A DNA stretch of 36,214 nt, taken from contig CAYGZY010000044.1 in the NCBI GenBank assembly GCA_964354485.1, positions 1 through 36,214 on the forward strand, read 5' to 3'. How positions within the stretch are numbered: position 1 is the stretch's first letter; each line of letters opens with the position of its first letter. Below are positions 17,930 through 26,667 of the stretch, piece by piece. The notes beneath the pieces are model-generated. The model saw nothing but the letters and a program-made list of their open reading frames with translations, had not been told where the DNA came from and did no database searches. Both the position numbers and the translations under genes were made by a program. The DNA comes from an uncultured Chlorobiaceae bacterium. GTDB lineage: Bacteria > Bacteroidota > Ignavibacteria > UBA10030 > SZUA-254.

Positions 17930-18586
17930 ATGCCAACCACACGAATGAAAATTCTTATCGCAGATGACCATCCCGTCGTTAGGGAAGGTATAAAGCAGAT
18001 TATCGGGAAGGCCCCCGATATGATCGTCGGTGGCGAAGCTCTGACGGGTCAGGAGGTCCTCGACAAAGTGAACCGGGAGAAGTGGGATGTTGTGATCCTC
18101 GATGTAAACATGCCCGGCAAGGATGGTTTTGAAGTCCTGCGGGAATTACGCCACGATCGTCCCAAACTGCCGATCCTGATTCTGAGCATATACCCTGAAG
18201 AACAGATCGGTGTGCGAATCCTGAGGGCAGGCGCATCCGGATTCCTCAATAAGGAGAGTGCACCGAAAGAACTTCTGAATGCGATCCGCAAAATCCACTC
18301 GGGTGGAAAGTTTGTCAGCCCTTCGCTTGCTGAGAAACTTGCCGTAGAAATTGAATTACGAACAGGCGGCGAGCCGCACACAAACCTTTCGGACCGTGAG
18401 TTCCAGGTACTTTGTTTCATAGCCTCCGGAAAGACAATTTCAGAAATTGGCAATCAACTCTCAATCAGTGAAAAAACCGTCCGAACCTACAGGGAGCGCC
18501 TCCTAAAAAAGATGAACTTAAAGAACGATGTAGAACTGACCCACTATGCTCTGAAACACCGGCTTATAGAATCCCTGAAAGAATAA
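17930..18586 (+). CDS. NarL/FixJ-family response regulator (REC plus LuxR-type HTH)
   Basis: ILIADDHPVVREG..., DVVILDVNMPGKDG, then LSDREFQVLCFIASGKTISEIGNQLSISEKTVRTYRERLLKKM. 87 nt downstream of the kinase. Confidence 0.95.
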   Translation: MPTTRMKILIADDHPVVREGIKQIIGKAPDMIVGGEALTGQEVLDKVNREKWDVVILDVNMPGKDGFEVLRELRHDRPKLPILILSIYPEEQIGVRILRAGASGFLNKESAPKELLNAIRKIHSGGKFVSPSLAEKLAVEIELRTGGEPHTNLSDREFQVLCFIASGKTISEIGNQLSISEKTVRTYRERLLKKMNLKNDVELTHYALKHRLIESLKE

Positions 18587-18696
18587 ACACAGTTCACCGG
18601 GGGTACTTTCTTCCTCCTCTGCTCTACCGCGGGATGTAGGCAATAGACTACACAATCCCCCTCCGCCACATACAACAATATCATCATTATATCTAT

Positions 18697-18724
18697 TTGA
18701 AGGAAGCCGCTTTCATGGTATATT
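18697..18724 (+). promoter_or_regulatory. Putative sigma70-type promoter of the stand-alone receiver gene
   Basis: TTGAAG (18697-18702), a 16-nt spacer, then TATATT (18719-18724) with TG at the extended -10 position (18716-18717). 35 nt upstream of ATG 18759. Confidence 0.4.
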
Positions 18725-18758
18725 ACAGCGTAAATCGAGTAAAGACCGCACGATAATA

Positions 18759-19139
18759 ATGCCATTACAAACTACCATATTCATTGTCGATGATTCATCC
18801 ATTATACGTGAACGAATACTGGAGAAATTAGGAATGCTGCCGATGATCTCAACGGTCTTACAGGCTAAGGATTACCAATCGGCGAATCAGATAATCGACA
18901 AAGAACAGCCGGATATCGCGATCCTCGATATTCAACTTCCGGACGGCAGCGGTATAGATTTACTTTCAAAGATAAAAAATATGCGGAAGGAAACGGTTGT
19001 TATAATGCTGACTAATTACCCGTATTCAATAATCAGAAAACGGTGTGACGAGTTAGGGGCTGATTACTTTTTCGATAAGTCAACTGAGTTTGAGAAAGTC
19101 CTTGAAGTCCTTGAAACCAGACAAACAGCAGTTCGTTAA
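18759..19139 (+). CDS. Single-domain response regulator (CheY-like receiver only)
   Basis: 126-aa ORF with IFIVDDSSIIRE, PDIAILDIQLPDGSG and IMLTNYP. The receiver fold has acidic pocket, phospho-Asp and conserved T/K positions. There is no output domain. Confidence 0.85.
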   Translation: MPLQTTIFIVDDSSIIRERILEKLGMLPMISTVLQAKDYQSANQIIDKEQPDIAILDIQLPDGSGIDLLSKIKNMRKETVVIMLTNYPYSIIRKRCDELGADYFFDKSTEFEKVLEVLETRQTAVR

Positions 19140-19282
19140 AATAAATCTTAACACAAGTCATGTAACCTCCATGAGCCCGGCGATCCCTCATCGAACCAGC
19201 TTCCATTCCCCTTGGATCGATGCTGGGCTTATGGATCTTTTTCCCTATTGAGGGATATAAGTCCTCTCCAACTGAATCCGCT

Positions 19283-20422
19283 TCAACGATCCACTGTAAT
19301 TGTCTCTACAACTTTTTTTACTTTCTTCCCGTCTTTTCTCATATAAGGTTTTTCCATCGGAGGCTGATGGTAGGCCGGTTCTTCTTCGAGGTCGGGATAA
19401 GTAAAGATTTCGTACTTGTAGTTACGGAGTATTATGCACTTTCCTGCTCTTCCCAGTACATATTGAGGGAGCAGGGGTATTTTACCGCCGCCGCCCGGCG
19501 CATCAATTACATAGTATGGTACCGCAAGCCCGGAAGTATATCCGCGCAATTTATCCATGATTTCCAATCCCTTGCTCACCGGTGTGCGGAAGTGGTTGGT
19601 TCCGCTCGTTATATCCGCCTGATACAGGTAGTACGGACGTACGCGCATGACCAAGAGTTTGCGCATCAATTCGAGCATCACGTCGGGATTATCGTTTATT
19701 CCTTTCATCAGTACGGTTTGATTTCCGAGCGGAATACCGGAATCCGAGAGCATATCGCATGCACGCCTGGCTTCAGGCGTACATTCCCAGGGATGGTTGA
19801 AATGCGTGTTGATGTAAATGGGGTGATATTTCTTCAGAATCCTGCACAGCTTTGGTGTAACGCGCTGAGGTAAAACACACGGCATTTTTGTTCCTATACG
19901 AATAATCTCCACATGAGGGATTTCACGTAATCTTTTGAGGATCCTTTCGAGCTGAAAATCCGTAAGCATGAGTGGATCACCCCCCGAGAGAATGACGTCT
20001 CGGACTCCGGAATGGCTTGCTATATATTCAATGCCATCCTGGATGTATTTCATGTTGATTTTCCGTGAGTCGCCCACTTTCCGCTTGCGTGTGCAGAAGC
20101 GGCAATACATCGAGCACTGGCTCGTAGTGAGGAACAGAACCCGGTCGGGATACCGGTGTACGATACTCGGGACCGGACTGTGAGTATCTTCCGCAAGCGG
20201 ATCTTCCGGTAAGCCATCTTTCTCCAGTTCAAGTGCATCTGGAATGCACTGAAGCCAGATTGGATCACCGGGCTGGCGTATCAAGCTCAGGTAGTAAGGA
20301 TTTATCCGGATGTGAAACAATAAGTTAAGTTTCTTTGCTGCTTGTTCGTCGAAACCGAATCGTTCGATCAGATCTTTTGCGCTATCAACGCTCTGACGCA
20401 GCATTTCCTGCCACAATTCCAT
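19283..20422 (-). CDS. kamA: KamA-family radical-SAM aminomutase (probable L-lysine 2,3-aminomutase)
   Basis: CSMYCRFCTRK (CxxxCxxC), SGGDPLML, PYYLYQAD, VIDAPGGGGKIPL; 379 aa. Last gene of a four-gene operon. Confidence 0.85.
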   Translation of the reverse strand: MELWQEMLRQSVDSAKDLIERFGFDEQAAKKLNLLFHIRINPYYLSLIRQPGDPIWLQCIPDALELEKDGLPEDPLAEDTHSPVPSIVHRYPDRVLFLTTSQCSMYCRFCTRKRKVGDSRKINMKYIQDGIEYIASHSGVRDVILSGGDPLMLTDFQLERILKRLREIPHVEIIRIGTKMPCVLPQRVTPKLCRILKKYHPIYINTHFNHPWECTPEARRACDMLSDSGIPLGNQTVLMKGINDNPDVMLELMRKLLVMRVRPYYLYQADITSGTNHFRTPVSKGLEIMDKLRGYTSGLAVPYYVIDAPGGGGKIPLLPQYVLGRAGKCIILRNYKYEIFTYPDLEEEPAYHQPPMEKPYMRKDGKKVKKVVETITVDR

Positions 20423-20431
20423 ACAGCTTAT

Positions 20432-20944
20432 TCAAGCCTCATGTTGTGAGACATATTTTCCATAGATAACAAGATCATCGCCCGCAGAATAGTAATCTCT
20501 TATGCGGGCTAATTCTTCGTACTGAGTCCGGAGGTAAAACTTTCGTGTGTTTTCGTATTTTGGAAGTGACGAAGTTTCTGCAATAATCAACTTTCCGTCC
20601 CTCTTCCTTACCCAATCTTCTACATCGCGGATCAGGTATTTTCCGATGCCCATGTTATGGCATGAAGTATCAACAGCGATCCAATAAAGGTCATATGTTC
20701 CCTTCGTCGCCGGAGTTGGTCCGATGCAGTAGTATCCCTGGACGGCTCCCTCATCAGAAACCGCAACGATAATGTAGTAATCGGTCTGATGAGGATTTTC
20801 TATCACGAGATCGATCAATTCCAGCGCAATCGCCACCTCTTCCTGCGTAAAAACCTCAGTTTCACGCAGGATCTTGTCGAGCGCGGCTCTGTCACCGTGC
20901 TGTATCGGACGAAGAGTACTCAGCTTATTCTCTCCAGTGCGCAA
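20432..20944 (-). CDS. GNAT-family N-acetyltransferase
   Basis: 170-aa ORF with the acetyl-CoA loop HNMGIGKYL and a GNAT-like beta-strand pattern (YYIIVAV..GAVQGYYCIGP..YDLYWIAV). The only in-frame start is TTG 20944, 25 nt inside the preceding gene. Confidence 0.78.
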   Translation of the reverse strand: MRTGENKLSTLRPIQHGDRAALDKILRETEVFTQEEVAIALELIDLVIENPHQTDYYIIVAVSDEGAVQGYYCIGPTPATKGTYDLYWIAVDTSCHNMGIGKYLIRDVEDWVRKRDGKLIIAETSSLPKYENTRKFYLRTQYEELARIRDYYSAGDDLVIYGKYVSQHEA

Positions 20945-22002
20945 TCAACAATTTTCTCAATTAATTCCTCAAACTTATAACCATAAACCCTGGACGACCG
21001 CGCAAAACCCGCATCGTCGGATATGTCAGGATTCGGATTCACCTCCAGAATGTACGGCTCATTATCGTTGCTGAGGCGGAAGTCGATTCTTGCATAATCC
21101 CGGCATCCGGTCAACCGATATGCTTTTAGCGCATACTCCTTCAGGAGTGTCTCGGTTTCTTGAGGTATTTTTGCCGGGCAGACTCCGTTCGTGCACTCAT
21201 ACTCTTCCGATCCCTTAACCCACTTGGCGTTATACGTAATGATGCGACGGTAGAGCTTAGGAAGTGTTGACATATCTATCTCGGATATCGGAAGGATGAT
21301 CTCCTTACGGTTACCGAGGATTGCCACATACAATTCCCTTCCATCGATGAACTCTTCGACAAGCGCCGGCTGATCGAACTGTTCGATGATGTACCTCACG
21401 CGTTTTTTGAGATCTGAGGGATTTTCGACGACTGAATCGGTGGAAATGCCCACGCTGGAATCTTCCTTAGAAGGTTTCACTATAAGGGGGTAGCGGAGGT
21501 CCTCGTTCAGTATAATTTTCATAGGGCTTTTGATTACCTGGTATCGCGGAGTGGGCAGATTGTTTGCCCGAAGGATATCTTTCACGCGCGCTTTATTCAA
21601 CGCCAATCCCAGCGTCAGTGCGTCGGAGCCTGTGTACGGTATGCCCAGCAGCTCGTATAGTCCTGCAACGTGCATTTCGTGAATCGATTGATTCCCGATA
21701 CTTTCGCAGAGGTTGAAGATCACATCCGGTTCTTCTTCCTTTAAAAATGCGATAAGTCGGCCGATGTCGCTGTCGACGTTGAATGTCGTGCTCTTGAATC
21801 CCATCACCTGCAATGCACGGCCAATATCTTCGCGTTCATCGAGTACACCAACCTCCGAGAGATCTACAAATTGCTTTTCACCTGTGTGCCCGGTTTTATT
21901 GCCTGCCTCAAGAATGCCGGCTTCCGAAATGAACTTCCGTTCAGCTTCTGTCTGAGTGACAGGCTCGTTATATACGACTGCAACATGGATTTTCTTTCTC
22001 AT
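20920..22002 (-). CDS. ATP-grasp ligase, D-alanine--D-alanine ligase-like family (paralogue 2)
   Basis: PDVIFNLCE, GIPYTGSDALTLGLALNKARVKDIL, PLIVKPSKEDSSVGI, YNAKW, CPAKI, CRDYARIDFRL, ILEVNPNPDI. ATG 22002 forms an ATGA overlap with the stop of paralogue 1; the track start 22008 is also an ATG. Confidence 0.8.
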   Translation of the reverse strand: MRKKIHVAVVYNEPVTQTEAERKFISEAGILEAGNKTGHTGEKQFVDLSEVGVLDEREDIGRALQVMGFKSTTFNVDSDIGRLIAFLKEEEPDVIFNLCESIGNQSIHEMHVAGLYELLGIPYTGSDALTLGLALNKARVKDILRANNLPTPRYQVIKSPMKIILNEDLRYPLIVKPSKEDSSVGISTDSVVENPSDLKKRVRYIIEQFDQPALVEEFIDGRELYVAILGNRKEIILPISEIDMSTLPKLYRRIITYNAKWVKGSEEYECTNGVCPAKIPQETETLLKEYALKAYRLTGCRDYARIDFRLSNDNEPYILEVNPNPDISDDAGFARSSRVYGYKFEELIEKIVDCALERIS

Positions 22003-23177
22003 ACACATACTCCTGTTAATGTACTCCGCCGGAAACCGGGGGCACTAATGATTTCAGTTCGTTCCGCAGCCAGCAGAAGAACCGTCTGAATTAATTGATT
22101 ATAACTTATTCCCGTGGCGCGTGCCGCCTTGGGGAAGCAGGAATTATCCTCCGGATTTGGCAAAATGCCGGGGAGAGGATTCAACTCGATGATGTGCGGG
22201 CGTCCTTCTCCATCCAGTCGAACATCGATGCGGCACCAATCCCGGCACCGTAAAAGTGTGAATGCCTCACGGCATATCCGTTCGATTTCCTCCCTCAGAC
22301 AGTCGGTGAGGCGAGCAGGGCAGGAAAATATTTCCAGAGGCTCCTCTGCACGATCCCATATCCACTTTGCCTCGTAAGAGTAAATTGGAGTGACGCCGGG
22401 AGGTAATGTGTCGAACTTTATTTCAACGATAGGAAGAACAGTGAGATTTCTGCCATTTCCGAGGATGGCTACGGTAAACTCCCGCCCGGGGAGATATTGT
22501 TCGATGAGAACAGGTTCATTATACCGCATCAGGATGCTTACCGCCTCTTTCCTGAGTTCATTCAAGTTGTGGGCAACTGAATTGTTGAAAATACCTTTAC
22601 TCGATCCCTCATGGAGCGGCTTAACAATAACGGGGAATGATACGCAGAGAGAGTGAATTTCTTCTTCATGGGAGATTACTTGGAAAGCCGGCGTGGGAAT
22701 GCCGTGAAAAGCCATAATTTCTTTCGCACGTGATTTATCCAGACATAATGCCAGTGTGAGAGGATCGGAACCGGTATAGGGAATATTTAACATTTCGAGC
22801 ATGGCAGGTATTTGCGCTTCACGGGAAACACCGGTTAGACCTTCGGCTATATTAAAAACGATTTCCGGCCTGAGTCCCCGTATCTTTACATACGCTTCCT
22901 CGTCTGCCTCTACCATTGTAACACTGTGATGCTCTGCGAGCGCTTCTCGAACAGCGTCAATAGTCGCAAACGTATCCCATTCGGCATACAAATCTGTTTC
23001 CGAATCATGATTGACTTGTGTAGAATGGAAATTGGAGATATGAGGGGAGATTTCCTTCGTCAAACTGGCAGGATCGTCTGATTTATCCTTCAGCGTATGT
23101 TGTGTTACATCTTCCTTTTTCTGATTGTAGACTAGAGCGACTCGCAACTGTTTACTCTGCGCAGGAAGATTTACCAA
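21999..23177 (-). CDS. ATP-grasp ligase, D-alanine--D-alanine ligase-like family (paralogue 1, with about a 50-aa N-terminal insertion)
   Basis: PEIVFNIAE, NIPYTGSDPLTLALCLDKSRAKEIM, PVIVKPLHEGSSKGI, YEAKW, CPARL, CRDWCRIDVRL, IIELNPLPGI. TTG start at 23177, first gene after the 23241-23269 promoter. Confidence 0.8.
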   Translation of the reverse strand: MVNLPAQSKQLRVALVYNQKKEDVTQHTLKDKSDDPASLTKEISPHISNFHSTQVNHDSETDLYAEWDTFATIDAVREALAEHHSVTMVEADEEAYVKIRGLRPEIVFNIAEGLTGVSREAQIPAMLEMLNIPYTGSDPLTLALCLDKSRAKEIMAFHGIPTPAFQVISHEEEIHSLCVSFPVIVKPLHEGSSKGIFNNSVAHNLNELRKEAVSILMRYNEPVLIEQYLPGREFTVAILGNGRNLTVLPIVEIKFDTLPPGVTPIYSYEAKWIWDRAEEPLEIFSCPARLTDCLREEIERICREAFTLLRCRDWCRIDVRLDGEGRPHIIELNPLPGILPNPEDNSCFPKAARATGISYNQLIQTVLLLAAERTEIISAPGFRRSTLTGVCV

Positions 23178-23240
23178 GTAACTCGTGCAATCCTCTCGAT
23201 ACGTTCAACATCAGTTTATTAAAACATCCTAACATGTATA

Positions 23241-23269
23241 ATATAATCAAATTATTTTTCTCTTGTCAA
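23241..23269 (-). promoter_or_regulatory. Near-consensus sigma70 promoter of the ATP-grasp/GNAT/KamA operon
   Basis: Minus strand reads TTGACA (23269..23264), a 17-nt spacer, then TTATAT (23246..23241), preceded by TGa (extended -10-like). It lies in the 156-bp AT-rich gap after recG, about 60 nt upstream of the TTG start. Confidence 0.55.
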
Positions 23270-23333
23270 GAAAAAAATTTCATTTTACGTTTTATTTTCA
23301 CATACACACCGTATCATAAACATTCCAACGTAC

Positions 23334-25553
23334 TCACCCGCCTTGCAACAAGGCAAGGTCTTCTTTCATCCATTGCTCATAGTATTTCTTCAGAGCTTCG
23401 TGATCAGGGAGTCGGAGCTGCGGATCTGTATCGACGAGATCGAACGCTTCTCGTCTCGCTGTCGATAGTATCTCACCATCGGTCAGAAGATTCGCGATAC
23501 GAAGTCGTGGCAGTCCGCTCTGTCGTGTACTGAAAAAATCTCCCGGACCCCGCAATTCCAGGTCAATTTCGGCAATTTTGAAGCCATCCGACGTCTCAAC
23601 CATGGTTTGCAGACGACGGACACTCTTCATCTGTTCACGATCCAGATCATCGACCGGTGTGAACTTGATTGATGTATTAATATTTTTTCTCATCCAATCG
23701 GGTGCGACCAGAACGCAGTATGACTGCGAGATGCCTCGCCCCACGCGACCGCGGAGCTGATGAAGTTGGGATAAACCGAATCTCTCAGCATGTTGTATAA
23801 CCATTACGGAAGCATTCGGAACATCAATTCCCACTTCGATCACAGTCGTTGCGACCAGGATGTCAATCATTCCCCCCTTGAACTTCACCATGACCTCGTC
23901 TTTCTCGGTGGAAGTCATCTGACCGTGAAGCAAACCGACACGTAAATCGGTAAATATTTCCGATTTTAAATACTCATAGCTCTCTGTTGCTGCTTTCAAA
24001 TCTAATTTTTCTGATTCCTCAACGAGAGGATAAACCATATAAGCTTGCCGACCCTGCTCGATCTGGGAGCGGATGAACGCATAGAGTTGTCGGCTTTGTG
24101 ATTCGAAAGTAAGAGAGGTAGTAATTTTTTTTCTATTCGCAGGGAGTTCATCAAGGATGGAAACATCGAGGTCACCGTAAATTGTCAGCGAAAGTGTTCT
24201 CGGTATCGGTGTTGCAGTCATGATGAGGATGTCGGGTTGTAAAGCACCTGATCCCCCCCTATCACCTTTCTCTCTCAGCGCAACCCGCTGAGTAACACCA
24301 AAACGGTGCTGCTCATCGATTACCACGAGTCCGAGTTTTGAAAATTCCACATCCTCCTGGATAATCGCATGTGTACCGACGGTTATGTGGGCATTCCCAT
24401 TTTTTACATCGCTGAGAATATCCTTGCGTAATGCGGATCTTTGGCCACCGACCAGCAAGCGGACATTAATCGGGAGTCCGGCGAGAAACTCAACAATCGT
24501 TCGATAGTGCTGTTCTGCCAGGATTTCAGTTGGCGCCATGAATGCAGCCTGATAACCATTCTCAACAACGATGAGCATCGCGACGAGAGCAACAATCGTT
24601 TTTCCGCTTCCGACGTCGCCCTGGAGGAGCCGGTTCATCGGCTTCGTAGATTTCATATCATCTGTGGTCTCCCGAATCACTCTCTTCTGTGCGTCAGTGA
24701 GAGAGAACGGCAGAGAATCCACCAATCGTCGCGCGACGGCGCTTTTGGTATTGAATGAAATTCCTGTTAATTCGGATCTCAGGTGTTTCCTGCGAAATGC
24801 AAGAAGAAGCTGGATGGAGAACAGTTCATCAAATTTCAAACGCCGCCGACTGGATTCGAGCTGTTCAAACGATTGCGGGAAATGTATCGCTGTAAGGGCC
24901 TGAGAGAGTTGTGGGAACTGATGCCGTCTAATGATTGATTCCGGCAAATATTCCTCTACGCTATCCACGAAAGATTCCAGTGCAGCTTTCACAATTCGCC
25001 GAAAGCCCTTCACGTGAAGGTTGACATCCTTCAGGTCGCTTGAAGAACCGTACTTAGGCACGATACCACTGGTATGCAGGAATCCGTCATATTCGCCATC
25101 ATCTTTCTGACCGCTCGATAAGCGATCGATAGAAGGATGAACCAACTGTATCCTACCCCGGTAGCCTGTAATTTTACCCGAGACTGCCAGAATCTGACCG
25201 ACTGTGAAGGCTTTCTTGAAATAGGTGATACTCCGGAAAAAAACGAGTTCGAGAGTTCCTGTTTCGTCATCAAGAAGGAGGACAAATCGCTGTCGCGGCG
25301 GCCGGCCGAGCAAGTCGAATCCTCGAACGGTGCCGATTACGGTCACCCATGTGGCAGAATCGATGAATGGTCTGAGTGCCGCGATTTTTTTCACCGAACT
25401 GAGATCAATGTAATCGTAGGGAAAGTAGAAAAGAAGGTCTCTCACAGTGCAGATGCCTTCTGATGCAAGTACCTCAGCACGTTTCGGACCGATGCCCTTG
25501 ACATACTGTACAGGCATGTGCAAATCTTTTTCCTTTACCTTCGATACATTCAT
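23334..25553 (-). CDS. recG: ATP-dependent DNA helicase RecG
   Basis: Wedge/OB N-terminal region (VQYVKGIGPKRAEVL), Walker A GDVGSGKT, DEQHRFG, motif VI QLRGRVGRG; 739 aa. An alternative ATG at 25517 gives MPVQYVKGIG. Confidence 0.95.
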   Translation of the reverse strand: MNVSKVKEKDLHMPVQYVKGIGPKRAEVLASEGICTVRDLLFYFPYDYIDLSSVKKIAALRPFIDSATWVTVIGTVRGFDLLGRPPRQRFVLLLDDETGTLELVFFRSITYFKKAFTVGQILAVSGKITGYRGRIQLVHPSIDRLSSGQKDDGEYDGFLHTSGIVPKYGSSSDLKDVNLHVKGFRRIVKAALESFVDSVEEYLPESIIRRHQFPQLSQALTAIHFPQSFEQLESSRRRLKFDELFSIQLLLAFRRKHLRSELTGISFNTKSAVARRLVDSLPFSLTDAQKRVIRETTDDMKSTKPMNRLLQGDVGSGKTIVALVAMLIVVENGYQAAFMAPTEILAEQHYRTIVEFLAGLPINVRLLVGGQRSALRKDILSDVKNGNAHITVGTHAIIQEDVEFSKLGLVVIDEQHRFGVTQRVALREKGDRGGSGALQPDILIMTATPIPRTLSLTIYGDLDVSILDELPANRKKITTSLTFESQSRQLYAFIRSQIEQGRQAYMVYPLVEESEKLDLKAATESYEYLKSEIFTDLRVGLLHGQMTSTEKDEVMVKFKGGMIDILVATTVIEVGIDVPNASVMVIQHAERFGLSQLHQLRGRVGRGISQSYCVLVAPDWMRKNINTSIKFTPVDDLDREQMKSVRRLQTMVETSDGFKIAEIDLELRGPGDFFSTRQSGLPRLRIANLLTDGEILSTARREAFDLVDTDPQLRLPDHEALKKYYEQWMKEDLALLQGG

Positions 25554-25593
25554 CGGTCAAAAGATACAAAGTGGCAGAGGAAATAGCAAAAGT

Positions 25594-25608
25594 CTCAGCA
25601 GGGCTGAG
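25594..25608 (-). terminator. Weak candidate terminator downstream of gpsA
   Basis: CTCAGC (25594-25599) pairs with GCTGAG (25603-25608) across a 3-nt loop. On the minus strand the hairpin is followed by ACTTTTGCTATTT. The stem is short and the T-tract interrupted. Confidence 0.25.
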
Positions 25609-25656
25609 CTGCGGCGTATTTCAGAAATCCTTCATTTAAAAAAAAGATTCAGCCGG

Positions 25657-26655
25657 TTACGCTTCATCTTTTGCATCCCTTGTCATGAGATCGGAAGTAG
25701 CAATGATGGGATCCTTGTACTCAAATAGCACCTGATATACCTGGTTACAGATGGGAAGCTCTATGTGAAACTGTTCTGAAAGATCATGTACCGATCGTGT
25801 TGTGGGTACACCTTCAGCAACCATTACCATTTCTTTGAGGATATCGGAGAGATTTCGTCCCTTCCCGATCTCCTCCCCCACGTGTCTGTTGCGGCTATGT
25901 TTACTCACGCAGGTCGCGATAAGATCGCCAATTCCTGATAATCCGGCGAATGTTTCTGGCCGGGCGCCCATTAATTTACCGAGACGAGCAATTTCAGCGG
26001 TTGCACGGGTCATTATGGCTGCTTTTGTATTCTCGCCGAATCCTGCTCCGTCAGCGATGCCTGCCCCGATAGCTATCACATTTTTCAATGAGCCCGCGAG
26101 TTCAACACCCTTGATATCATCACTGGAATATACGCGGAAGTACGGGGTCATGAAGAGATTTTGGGTTTGTCTTGCTGCGTCTCTGTTTACGGATGCCGCA
26201 ACTACCGCCGTCGGCATCTGTCTGCTCACCTCATGAGCAAAGCTGGGACCGGAGAGAGTCACAATCCGGTCGATGGAGAGCGAAGGCATAACGTCAAGGA
26301 GAATTTCCGAAACTCTCATAATGGATTGATTTTCAATACCTTTGGCAACATTTATAAAGAGGGTATTCCGGAACTTCCGGGACCTCACCTGCTTCATGAC
26401 CGATCGGATATACTGTGTCGGGACTGCGGTTACAATGACCTCCGCGCGTCGGACAGCGGCTTCCAGGTCGCTCGTAATTTCGATATCGGCCGGGATTGAA
26501 ATTCCAGGGAGGAAATCGATATTTTCTCTTCTATCACGAAGCAGTTCGGCAATTGATTGCTCGTATGACCAGAGCACAATTTGGTGAGCATTTGAGTGTA
26601 AGAGTACCGCAAGAGTTGTCCCCCAGCTCCCGGCTCCTAGGACAGTGACGTTCAT
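25657..26655 (-). CDS. gpsA: NAD(P)H-dependent glycerol-3-phosphate dehydrogenase
   Basis: N-terminal VLGAGSWGTTLA Rossmann motif, 332 aa, GpsA-type C-terminal domain (GLSGIGDLIATC), adjacent to plsY. Confidence 0.95.
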   Translation of the reverse strand: MNVTVLGAGSWGTTLAVLLHSNAHQIVLWSYEQSIAELLRDRRENIDFLPGISIPADIEITSDLEAAVRRAEVIVTAVPTQYIRSVMKQVRSRKFRNTLFINVAKGIENQSIMRVSEILLDVMPSLSIDRIVTLSGPSFAHEVSRQMPTAVVAASVNRDAARQTQNLFMTPYFRVYSSDDIKGVELAGSLKNVIAIGAGIADGAGFGENTKAAIMTRATAEIARLGKLMGARPETFAGLSGIGDLIATCVSKHSRNRHVGEEIGKGRNLSDILKEMVMVAEGVPTTRSVHDLSEQFHIELPICNQVYQVLFEYKDPIIATSDLMTRDAKDEA

Positions 26656-26667
26656 ACCGGGACCTTG

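Noticed and set aside
18544-18765. 73-aa minus-strand ORF spanning the gap between the two response-regulator genes
   Set aside because: It overlaps both flanking plus-strand genes and the predicted receiver promoter. It is Cys/Tyr-rich and low in complexity, with no ribosome-binding site.
19160-19215. GGTTCGAT (minus strand) resembling a tRNA T-loop
   Set aside because: The flanking sequences do not form a T-stem, and no acceptor or anticodon arms can be drawn, so it is not a tRNA.
19220-19873. 217-aa plus-strand ORF
   Set aside because: It is antisense to the KamA-family gene (CxxxCxxC and PLP-region motifs on the minus strand) and has no motifs of its own.
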